Under the pieces are notes generated by a model that was given only the letters and a program-made list of their open reading frames with translations, was not told the origin of the DNA and searched no databases. From the NCBI RefSeq assembly GCF_000010065.1, contig NC_006576.1, positions 1,800,001-1,832,000 on the forward strand: a stretch of 32,000 nucleotides of DNA. Direction: 5' to 3'. This DNA comes from Synechococcus elongatus PCC 6301. GTDB taxonomy: Bacteria > Cyanobacteriota > Cyanobacteriia > Synechococcales > Synechococcaceae. Below, piece by piece: positions 18,366-26,447 of the stretch; within the stretch, counting starts at the first letter, position 1, and the number at the start of each line of letters is the position of its first letter. Made by a program: the position numbers and the translations under genes.

Positions 18366-19328
18366 ATGGATGTCCTCGTTGTTGGTGCTACGGGTACTCT
18401 CGGTCGGCAGATTGCCCGCCGAGCCCTCGACGAAGGCCACCGGGTTCGTTGCCTCGTCCGCAGCCCTAAGCGCGGCAACTTTCTGCGGGAATGGGGCTGT
18501 GATCTGGTGCGGGGCGATCTGACCCAGCCAGAAAGTCTTACTTTTGCCCTAGAGGGGATAGAGGCCGTCATCGATGCGGCCACCACGCGATCTACAGATT
18601 CCCTCAGCTGCTATGACGTCGATTGGCAGGGCAAAGTCAACCTGATCAAGGCGGCTACAGAAGCCGGTGTGCAGCGGTTTGTCTTCTGCTCGATCATTGA
18701 CGCTGAGAAGCACCGCGATGTGCCGCTAATGGACATCAAGTACTGCACTGAGGAATTCCTGAGGCAGTCGGGGCTTAATTACACAATCCTGCGGCTGGCG
18801 GGCTTTATGCAGGGTTTGATTGCCGAGTTTGCGATCCCCGTGCTGGAAGGTCGCACCGCCCTTATCACCCAAGATTCCGACCCGATCGCCTACCTCAGTA
18901 CTCTTGATATCGCCCGCTTTGCCGTTGCTGCATTGACCACGCCCGCCACTGAGAAGCAAACCCTGCCGGTTGTGGGTCCTAAAGCTTGGAGCGGACTTGA
19001 AATTTTCCGACTCTGCGAACGGCTGAGCGGCAAGGAAACGAAGATTGCCCGTCTGCCCTTGGCAACGGTGAGTGCAATGAAGCGCTTCTTCCGCTTCTTC
19101 CAGTGGGGCTGGAATATCGCCGATCGCTTGGCCTTTAGTGAAGTGATGGCTTGCGGCCGCCCCTTCACGGCAGACATGGCAGCCACATACACCGCTTTCG
19201 GCATTGATCCTGCTGAGATCACAGGCTTGGAGAGCTACCTGAACGACTACTTCTCGGTGATGCTGCGCCGCTTGAAAGAGCTGGAGTTCGACCAGAAAAA
19301 AGACAAGAAAAAGAAAGTGCCGTTCTAA
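18366..19328 (+). CDS. ycf39: Ycf39/HCF244-like atypical short-chain dehydrogenase (NmrA-like NAD(P)-binding protein)
   Basis: 320 aa with Rossmann motif VVGATGTLGRQIARRAL. Conserved Ycf39-like blocks are YTILRLAGFMQGLIAEFAIPVLE and IAYLSTLDIARF. The C-terminus is lysine-rich. Confidence 0.75.
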   Translation: MDVLVVGATGTLGRQIARRALDEGHRVRCLVRSPKRGNFLREWGCDLVRGDLTQPESLTFALEGIEAVIDAATTRSTDSLSCYDVDWQGKVNLIKAATEAGVQRFVFCSIIDAEKHRDVPLMDIKYCTEEFLRQSGLNYTILRLAGFMQGLIAEFAIPVLEGRTALITQDSDPIAYLSTLDIARFAVAALTTPATEKQTLPVVGPKAWSGLEIFRLCERLSGKETKIARLPLATVSAMKRFFRFFQWGWNIADRLAFSEVMACGRPFTADMAATYTAFGIDPAEITGLESYLNDYFSVMLRRLKELEFDQKKDKKKKVPF

Positions 19329-19399
19329 ATCGATCGCGGCGATCGCCAAATCAACACTCCTGGGGCACCCTGTAAAAATCTTCCTCAGAGAAAAAGGTG

Positions 19400-20203
19400 A
19401 TGGTTTCCCCTCAGCCGATTGGCCGCGATCGCCCTTTTGAAATTGGTCTCTACTTAGAACGCGGCTGGCAACTGTTTCGCCAAAACTGGCAGCTCTACGT
19501 TCCCTTTGGCCTAATTCTGTTTGCCTTTGGCTTCATCTTGGGCATGGCCTCAAGCCTGCTTCAGATTGCCGTGTGTCTGTCGCTAGCGGTCTCGATTGAC
19601 GAGTGCCCAGAGTGGGTGCCTCAACTGGTTGATCTGCCCTTCAATCTGATCTCTTGGCTGGTGGGAACGCCCTTAGGGGCAGGACCTGTAGTTGCTGCCC
19701 TCCTGCAGCTTCAGCACCAAACCCCAGAGTTCAGTGATTTCTTCAAGGGCTTTCGGCGCTTTTGGCCCTTGGTCCTGACCAGCTTTTTGATCGGCTTCAT
19801 TATCTTTATCGTCGTCTTCGTGATCGCGCTCGTGTTCGGTGCAGTCGCCTTTTTGCTCAATCAAGCTGGAACGCCAGTGGAAGGATTGGTGGGCATTGCG
19901 ATCGTGGGTGTTTTGCTGGCGATCGCAGCTGCAACCTACATCGGTGTGGGCTATTTGTTCGTGACCCCGATCGTCCTCGATCGCCGGATTGGGGTTTGGC
20001 AAGCACTGGAACTGAGTCGACAGGTGGTTGCCCCTCGCTGGTGGTCAGCTTTCGGCTTCCTGATTTTGCTCGGTCTAATCAATGGCTTAGGCTTTCTTGC
20101 CTGCTGTGTTGGTTTGCTGGTCACCATTCCTGTGACGCTCTGTGCGATCGCGGTCGCCTATTCTGATCAGATTGGCCTCGAAACGGCTGAGACTGCGGTC
20201 TAG
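19400..20203 (+). CDS. Integral membrane protein of unknown function (about 5-6 TM)
   Basis: Long ORF with clear hydrophobic helices and a codon and HIP1 pattern like its neighbours. I recognise no motif. An ATG at 19400 directly follows the GTG at 19397. Confidence 0.7.
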   Translation: MVSPQPIGRDRPFEIGLYLERGWQLFRQNWQLYVPFGLILFAFGFILGMASSLLQIAVCLSLAVSIDECPEWVPQLVDLPFNLISWLVGTPLGAGPVVAALLQLQHQTPEFSDFFKGFRRFWPLVLTSFLIGFIIFIVVFVIALVFGAVAFLLNQAGTPVEGLVGIAIVGVLLAIAAATYIGVGYLFVTPIVLDRRIGVWQALELSRQVVAPRWWSAFGFLILLGLINGLGFLACCVGLLVTIPVTLCAIAVAYSDQIGLETAETAV

Positions 20204-20251
20204 TTCCAGCAGCCTTCTTAGAATGAGAAAGCTGACTTCTGTTGCGATCGC

Positions 20252-22159
20252 GTGCCCCACACTGAAGAATTCGACGTCATTGTCATTGGCGCGGGCCATG
20301 CCGGTTGTGAGGCAGCCTTGGCAGCCGCTCGACTGGGCTGTCAAACCCTATTGCTGACTCTCAACCTCGATCGCATTGGCTGGCAACCCTGTAATCCGGC
20401 AGTGGGTGGGCCAGCCAAATCTCAACTCGCCCACGAAGTCGATGCCTTGGGCGGCGAAATCGGCAAAATGGCCGATCGCACCTATCTGCAAAAGCGGGTG
20501 CTGAATGCTTCGCGAGGTCCTGCTGTTTGGGCATTACGGGCGCAGACCGACAAGCGTGAATATGCGGCTGTCATCAAGCAAGTGCTGGAGCAGCAACCAA
20601 ACTTACGCCTGCGGGAAGGCATGGTTACCGATCTGCTGATTGGGCCAAATGACGAAGTTCAAGGCGTGACAACCTACTTCGGCTCCAGCTTCCGTGCCAA
20701 AGCAGTGATTTTGACCACAGGCACGTTCCTCGGGGGCTGCATCTGGGTGGGCAATAAGTCGATGCCTGCCGGTCGTGCCGGAGAATTTGCTGCTGTTGGC
20801 CTGACGGAAACCCTGCAACGACTGGGCTTTGAAACCGATCGCCTCAAAACGGGAACCCCGGCCCGCGTCGATAAGCGATCGGTGGACTACAGCCGCTTGG
20901 AACCCCAGCCCGGCGATCCAGAGGTGCGTTGGTTCAGCTTTGATCCCGAAGCGTGGGTGGAACGCGAACAACTACCCTGCTATCTGACGCGCACGACGGC
21001 CGAAACGCACAAACTAATCCGCGACAACCTGTACCTGACGCCGGTTTATGGCGGCTACATCGACGCCAAAGGGCCGCGCTACTGCCCCAGCATTGAGGAC
21101 AAAATTGTTCGCTTTGCCGATAAGGAATCCCATCAAATTTTCATTGAGCCGGAAGGTCGCGACATTCCCGAGCTCTACATCCAAGGCTTCTCGACGGGAC
21201 TGCCAGAGGATTTGCAGCTAGCGTTGCTGCAGACGCTGCCCGGTCTAGAAGACTGCGTGATGCTGCGTCCTGCTTATGCGGTTGAATATGACTATTTGCC
21301 CGCCACGCAATGCTTGCCGACGTTGATGACGCGGCGCGTTGAAGGACTGTTCAGCGCGGGGCAACTCAACGGCACCACCGGCTACGAAGAGGCTGCCGCC
21401 CAAGGCATCGTTGCGGGGATTAATGCCGCTCGCTTTGTCCAAGGTCAGGATGCGATCGTCTTCCCTCGCGAAGGCAGCTACATTGGCACCCTGATCGATG
21501 ACCTCTGCACCAAGGATCTGCGCGAACCCTATCGGGTGCTGACCAGTCGCAGCGAATATCGCCTCCTCTTGCGAGCCGATAATGCCGATCAGCGCATGAC
21601 ACCGTTGGGTCGTGAAATTGGCCTGATTGACGATCGCCGCTGGGCATTGTTTGAGCAAAAGCAAGCTCGGATTGCTGCCGAGCAAACGCGCCTCACGCAA
21701 CAGCGGGTTAAGGAACACGATCCAGTCGGACAGGCGATCGCGCAGCAAACCCAAGCCCCAATCAAAGGCTCAGCTACCTTAGCTGACCTGTTGCGGCGTC
21801 CGAATTTCCACTACATCGATTTGGAGGCGCATGGACTCGGAGATCCGAGTTTGGCGATCGCGGAAAAAGAAGGGGCTGAAATCGCGATCAAATACGCGGG
21901 CTATCTGCAACGCCAACAGGCGCAAGTCGATCAGGTGGTGCGCCAGAGCCAACGGCCACTGCCAGTCGATTTGGACTACAGCGCCATCACCTCCATGCGT
22001 TTGGAAGCACGAGAAAAACTGGCGCGCTTCCGGCCGCTGACCTTGGGGCAAGCCAGTCGAATTGGTGGCGTCAACCCAGCCGATATCAATGCGCTCTTGA
22101 TTTGGCTCGAAGTTCAAGAGCGTCAGCGCAGCCAAGTTGAGACAGCCTTGGTACGATAA
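20252..22159 (+). CDS. mnmG: tRNA uridine 5-carboxymethylaminomethyl modification enzyme MnmG (GidA)
   Basis: 635 aa with a GTG start. FAD-binding N-terminus [16 protein letters not shown], the conserved [11 protein letters not shown] block, and [16 protein letters not shown]. Confidence 0.96.
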   Translation: MPHTEEFDVIVIGAGHAGCEAALAAARLGCQTLLLTLNLDRIGWQPCNPAVGGPAKSQLAHEVDALGGEIGKMADRTYLQKRVLNASRGPAVWALRAQTDKREYAAVIKQVLEQQPNLRLREGMVTDLLIGPNDEVQGVTTYFGSSFRAKAVILTTGTFLGGCIWVGNKSMPAGRAGEFAAVGLTETLQRLGFETDRLKTGTPARVDKRSVDYSRLEPQPGDPEVRWFSFDPEAWVEREQLPCYLTRTTAETHKLIRDNLYLTPVYGGYIDAKGPRYCPSIEDKIVRFADKESHQIFIEPEGRDIPELYIQGFSTGLPEDLQLALLQTLPGLEDCVMLRPAYAVEYDYLPATQCLPTLMTRRVEGLFSAGQLNGTTGYEEAAAQGIVAGINAARFVQGQDAIVFPREGSYIGTLIDDLCTKDLREPYRVLTSRSEYRLLLRADNADQRMTPLGREIGLIDDRRWALFEQKQARIAAEQTRLTQQRVKEHDPVGQAIAQQTQAPIKGSATLADLLRRPNFHYIDLEAHGLGDPSLAIAEKEGAEIAIKYAGYLQRQQAQVDQVVRQSQRPLPVDLDYSAITSMRLEAREKLARFRPLTLGQASRIGGVNPADINALLIWLEVQERQRSQVETALVR

Positions 22160-22182
22160 GGCCGACTTGATTGCAGAGTGCC

Positions 22183-23049
22183 ATGACTGCTGGGCAGCCA
22201 ACAGAACCAACAGAGGCCAAAACGGTCACTGCCGTACCGGTGCTGCCGACTGATCTCGAGGCGACGGTTGACCAGACGATCGATGCAGTTTTTGATCGGC
22301 TGGGTCTCAACAGTGAACAGCGCAGTCTTTGGCTGGCATCTCGGGCTACCAGTCCAACCTTGGTCGTCTACGCGCCCCCGCCGGCGCCCCCTGCACCTGT
22401 CATCGCCACAGTGGAAACGGATCCCAATCGCGATCGCTGGCGGCTGGTTTTTGCGGCGATCGCTCTCGTGCTGGCAGCTGGCTTGGGATTTTGGAATCTG
22501 CGGCAATGGCAACAACAGACGGCCCTCGCCAGCTCAGCTGAAAACCAGGAATTTGCCAGCTACCTCAGTCGCAGTTTGGATTTACTGGAAGCGGATCCGA
22601 CTGCTGAAACTGCGATCGCTTCCAATCCCACTGCCGTGATGCCGCCCTTGGCTGGGTTAATTCCGCCGCCCCCACCTAACGGCAACACTGGCACCCTGCC
22701 GCCTCCGGCCCCGATCACGGTTGCGCCAACTTCAGTTGGGACGCTCCCGCCGCCTCCCCCACTGTTGCCTGCTCCACCCGTCAGTAGTGGGGGGAGCACG
22801 GTCAGTCAGCCGCCTGCCCCGCCGGTCACTGCGGCCCCAACTCCGGTGGCCGCCAGCCGTACCCTCAATGGCGTGATTGATCTAGGCGATCGCTCGACTG
22901 CCCTGTTCACAATCAATGGTGCTAGTCAACAGGTCGGCGTTGGTCAAAGCCTTGGGGATGGTTACGTCGTCAAGCAAATCACCAGCCAGAGCGTGACGCT
23001 GGGACGCGGTGGTAGTCAGCAGACCATCCCGATCGGCGGGTCGTTCTAG
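22183..23049 (+). CDS. Proline-rich membrane-anchored protein with a small beta-rich C-terminal domain (PilP/GspC-like by eye)
   Basis: About 288 aa from the ATG. One TM (WRLVFAAIALVLAAGLGFWNL), then a spacer of about 70 aa rich in PPPPP/PPAP. The C-terminus is LNGVIDLGDRSTALFTINGASQQVGVGQSLGDGYVVKQITSQSVTLGRGG. Confidence 0.65.
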   Translation: MTAGQPTEPTEAKTVTAVPVLPTDLEATVDQTIDAVFDRLGLNSEQRSLWLASRATSPTLVVYAPPPAPPAPVIATVETDPNRDRWRLVFAAIALVLAAGLGFWNLRQWQQQTALASSAENQEFASYLSRSLDLLEADPTAETAIASNPTAVMPPLAGLIPPPPPNGNTGTLPPPAPITVAPTSVGTLPPPPPLLPAPPVSSGGSTVSQPPAPPVTAAPTPVAASRTLNGVIDLGDRSTALFTINGASQQVGVGQSLGDGYVVKQITSQSVTLGRGGSQQTIPIGGSF

Positions 23050-23129
23050 GGCAGCATTTTGCGAACACCTCGGGCGATCGCGCAGGAGTGCTACCCTGCG
23101 ATCGCTGTCTGTGCTGCCCCCTGCAAGTC

Positions 23130-24047
23130 ATGAATTGGACGACTGCGCTGCCAAGCTTCTTGATTACCCTGCGCGAGGGATTTGAAGCCGCACTCGTGGT
23201 GGGCATTGTCCTCGCTTGCTTGGCCAAAGCCGATCGCCCTGACCTAAAGCGCTGGGTTTACCTCGGACTTTTGGCCGGACTCCTGGCCAGTCTGTTACTG
23301 GGGCTGCTCCTTGGTAATGCCCTCGGAACGCTGAGCGCCGCGCAGTTTTACTATGCTCCTGCCCTACGCCTACTCCTAGAAGCCCTGCTCTGTGCGATCG
23401 CTGTCGGGTTACTCAGCTGGATGCTGATCTGGATGACCCAGCAATCGCGATCGCTGAAATCGGAGGTGGAGCAAGGAATTCAGCAAGCAATTCGAGCAGG
23501 GAGCGATCGCGCCGTCTTTGGCATTGTTTTTGCGGCGGTCTTGCGCGAAGGCTTTGAAACCGTGATCTTCCTGCTAACCCAAGGGCAACGTGGTTGGTTG
23601 CCGAGTCTAGGGGCAATCGCGGGTCTAAGTGGCGCTGGCCTGTTGGGTTGGGCAATCTTTCGAGGCAGCATCCGGCTCAATCTGCGGCGTTTTTTCCAAG
23701 TTATGGGCGTCCTCCTGCTGGTGATTACGGGTGGACTGCTACTGACCGCGCTACGGAAGCTCGACGGCGGACTCGGCCTGCTCAATCAACTCAGCCAAGG
23801 CCGTTGGGGACTCTGCCAGAGTGCAGCATCTTGTGTGCTAGGGCCACAACTCTGGGATCTGCAAGCCGTCCTACCCGATCGCCAATTCCCAGGACTGTTC
23901 CTCAAATTAATTGCAGGCTACAGCGATCGCCTCTTCCTCATTCCTGCTATTGCCTACATCATCTTCTGGATTGGAGTGGGTGGCCTTTACTTCCGCAGCC
24001 TGCGATCGCCCCAACCCACCAAAACACCTGCTCCGCAGGAGTCCTGA
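23130..24047 (+). CDS. FTR1/EfeU-family high-affinity iron permease
   Basis: Two REGFE motifs sit in TM helices (LREGFEAALVVGIV and LREGFETVIFLL), within a seven-TM-like hydropathy pattern. I prefer ATG 23130 (MNWTTALPSF...) to the GTG 23088 of the track. Confidence 0.87.
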   Translation: MNWTTALPSFLITLREGFEAALVVGIVLACLAKADRPDLKRWVYLGLLAGLLASLLLGLLLGNALGTLSAAQFYYAPALRLLLEALLCAIAVGLLSWMLIWMTQQSRSLKSEVEQGIQQAIRAGSDRAVFGIVFAAVLREGFETVIFLLTQGQRGWLPSLGAIAGLSGAGLLGWAIFRGSIRLNLRRFFQVMGVLLLVITGGLLLTALRKLDGGLGLLNQLSQGRWGLCQSAASCVLGPQLWDLQAVLPDRQFPGLFLKLIAGYSDRLFLIPAIAYIIFWIGVGGLYFRSLRSPQPTKTPAPQES

Positions 24048-24077
24048 TAATCCTGACTAGGTCGAAGTGACTGGGGA

Positions 24078-24812
24078 TTAGATGCCCGCGCCGTCTAAAA
24101 ATTCTTCAATCGTGCGATCGCGTAGTTGACAGCGATCGCCCACGGGAGCCAAGGTGACATCGATGGCTTCTTCGGCAGGTGGAAGATTGAGCCCTTCCAG
24201 TTGATCCTCAAGCGCTTCGATGCGATCGAGCAGCATCCGAATCACCCGCGCTTCCGAGTCGGGCATCTGGCTGTGATCCAGTGGATCGACGCGCACGCCA
24301 GAACGATAGATGACGCGGCCGGGAATACCAACCACCGTGCAGTCTGAGGGCACATCTCGCAGCACCACCGAACCAGCACCAATGCGGACATTCTCGCCGA
24401 TCTGGATATTGCCGAGTACCTTCGCTCCAGCGCCAACCACGACGTTGTTAGCTAGCGTTGGGTGGCGTTTTCCGCTTTGCTTACCCGTACCGCCGAGGGT
24501 TACACCCTGATAAATCAGGCAGTAGTCGCCAACGATCGCCGTTTCACCAATCACCACGCCCATGCCGTGGTCGATGAAAATGCCTTGACCGAGGCGAGCC
24601 CCGGGGTGAATTTCCACTCCCGTCAGTAGACGGCTGAGATGCGACAACAGGCGCGGAATCACTGGCAAGCGCTGCTGATAGAGCCAATGAGCAACCCGAT
24701 GGCAAACTAGCGCCTGAAATCCGGGGTAGCACAGCAGGACTTCCAGCCCGTTGCGGGCAGCGGGGTCCCGTTCAAAGATGATGCGGAAATCGGCAGCCAG
24801 CGTTTTAAACAC
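24078..24812 (-). CDS. cysE: Serine O-acetyltransferase
   Basis: 244 aa with a GTG start. SATase N-terminal helical domain (IFERDPAARNGLEVLLCYPGFQAL) and hexapeptide left-handed beta-helix repeats (GIFIDHGMGVVIGETAIVGD..., VVVGAGAKVLGNIQIGENVRIGAGSVV). Confidence 0.93.
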   Translation of the reverse strand: MFKTLAADFRIIFERDPAARNGLEVLLCYPGFQALVCHRVAHWLYQQRLPVIPRLLSHLSRLLTGVEIHPGARLGQGIFIDHGMGVVIGETAIVGDYCLIYQGVTLGGTGKQSGKRHPTLANNVVVGAGAKVLGNIQIGENVRIGAGSVVLRDVPSDCTVVGIPGRVIYRSGVRVDPLDHSQMPDSEARVIRMLLDRIEALEDQLEGLNLPPAEEAIDVTLAPVGDRCQLRDRTIEEFLDGAGI

Positions 24813-24872
24813 GGGTGGCAGCAGGGTAAACAGTTCCCTCTATGCTGACATAGGCTGTTCTGGACGGTTGGA

Positions 24873-25397
24873 TTAAGCAGCAAAGTACTGGGTATGACTG
24901 TGCAGCTCGGTTACTTCTGCGCGAGGTGCGATCGCGGGGGCCGTTTCTTCGGGCTGCTGAACTTGGGCGAGCAAGCGCTGCAAGCGAGGAATAGTGCCGC
25001 TGTTGTAGACACGGAACTCGCTAGCGATATTGCCTCGCTCTGTGCGAACGCCTTGGTTCAAAACCAGTGAGCCATCGGGGTCGGAAACAGAGCGATGGAA
25101 GGTTCCTGGCGGTAGGCGCAGGATCTCTTTGCCGGCTTCGAGGCGTACAACGTGAAACGGCTGTTCCCAAGCAAAGTTGACGAGGAAAAAGGTGCGGCCG
25201 CCGGTCAGGGCCAAGAGATTGTCCTCTTGGTTGGGATGTAGATAAAACTGCCAGTTGCCATCCTCGTCATTATTCGGGCTGACGGCAGGCCCTTCATGGA
25301 AGACTAAGTCACGAATATTCGAGGTTGCGATCGTGACATCAAAGAAGCGCACACTCGGCGTATTGCGGAATTTTTCGTAGCCAATTAGCTCATACAT
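24873..25397 (-). CDS. Cupin-fold protein of unknown function
   Basis: 174 aa. Loose matches to cupin motif 1 (YLHPNQEDNLLALTGG) and motif 2 (LPPGTFHRSVS). It lies 60 nt upstream of cysE on the same strand and is divergent from the LysR gene. Confidence 0.6.
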   Translation of the reverse strand: MYELIGYEKFRNTPSVRFFDVTIATSNIRDLVFHEGPAVSPNNDEDGNWQFYLHPNQEDNLLALTGGRTFFLVNFAWEQPFHVVRLEAGKEILRLPPGTFHRSVSDPDGSLVLNQGVRTERGNIASEFRVYNSGTIPRLQRLLAQVQQPEETAPAIAPRAEVTELHSHTQYFAA

Positions 25398-25495
25398 GAC
25401 AGTAATCTCGAAGCCCCTGAGTGGATAAACAGCACCTTAGAAGGGGCAACAAGGGGAATCAAAACGGCTTCAACAGGCTATCCATTCGCAAACTG

Positions 25496-25512
25496 CATAG
25501 ATTCTCACTATG
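25496..25512. promoter_or_regulatory. Candidate LysR-type T-N11-A dyad overlapping the LysR start codon
   Basis: CATAG-N7-CTATG inverted repeat (25496-25500 / 25508-25512). It contains T-N11-A and includes the ATG of the LysR gene. Confidence 0.25.
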
Positions 25513-26394
25513 AACATTACGCAATTGCAGATTTTGGCGGCCGTCGTTGAAACGGGTAATTTTTCGGCGGCAGCGCTGCAGCTCGATCTCTCTCAATCGG
25601 CTGTCAGCCGAGCGATCGCGGCGCTGGAGGATGAGCTGGGTGTGGTGTTGCTATCGCGTGGGCGGTTTGGGGCTAGGCCGACTCGGGTCGGTGAGCGGGT
25701 TCTGCAACTAGCGCAGCGAATGTTGCAGCTACACGACAGCATTGTGCACGAGGTCAATCTTGAAAAAGGGCTGCAAGGTGGCCATTTGCGGATTGCTTCC
25801 TTCCGTAGTGCTGCCACCCATGTGCTGCCACCGCGCTTGGCGCTGTTTCGACAGCGTTGTCCCGGCGTCAGTGTCAGCATCATTGAAACTGATCCGCAGG
25901 GGGTTGAGCAGGCATTGCGGGAGGGCAAGGTCGATATTGGCCTGCTGCCGCTACCGCGATCGGAGGAGTTTGATACTTGGGAAATCACGCGCGATGAATA
26001 CGTGGTGCTCCTGCCCAGCACTGCGCATCCCTTGGGGCAGCCACTCACTTGGGCGCAGCTCTCGCGCTATGAGTTCATCCTCTACAACTATGCAGAATGC
26101 ACCACGGCCGTTCGCCAGCATTGGGCGACGGCTCGCCAGGAGCTCAAGGTGGCTTACGAAATCAAGGAGGATTCCACGATCGTCAGCATGGTTGCCCAAG
26201 GGTTAGGAGCAGCGATCTTGCCCCGTTTGGCTGCCGTGCCGATTCCTCCAGAAGTCGCTGCCCACTCCCTACCCATTCCGTTGGAGCGAGTGATCGGGGC
26301 GGCGATTTTAGCGAGTGCCCTGCAGGTGCCGTCCGTTTTTGCCTTTCTGGATGTCCTGCGCCAAACTGCGCCAGAGGTTCGCGCCACAGGCTAG
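25510..26394 (+). CDS. LysR-family transcriptional regulator
   Basis: 294 aa with an N-terminal wHTH (MNITQLQILAAVVETGNFSAAALQLDLSQSAVSRAIAALEDELGVVLLSR) and a C-terminal substrate-binding-like effector domain. Confidence 0.93.
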   Translation: MNITQLQILAAVVETGNFSAAALQLDLSQSAVSRAIAALEDELGVVLLSRGRFGARPTRVGERVLQLAQRMLQLHDSIVHEVNLEKGLQGGHLRIASFRSAATHVLPPRLALFRQRCPGVSVSIIETDPQGVEQALREGKVDIGLLPLPRSEEFDTWEITRDEYVVLLPSTAHPLGQPLTWAQLSRYEFILYNYAECTTAVRQHWATARQELKVAYEIKEDSTIVSMVAQGLGAAILPRLAAVPIPPEVAAHSLPIPLERVIGAAILASALQVPSVFAFLDVLRQTAPEVRATG

Positions 26395-26447
26395 CCTGAG
26401 AAGTCGAATCGCGATCGCTCATCTGCTGGGCTCAAGGACTGTTCTGC

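Noticed and set aside
22171-22182. TTG start at 22171 for the proline-rich protein (track) and GTG 23088 for FTR1, GTG 16753 for exbD, TTG 9380 for ilvH
   Set aside because: In each case a nearby in-frame ATG yields an N-terminus matching the family-typical beginning. The alternative starts remain possible and would change coordinates by 12-42 nt only.
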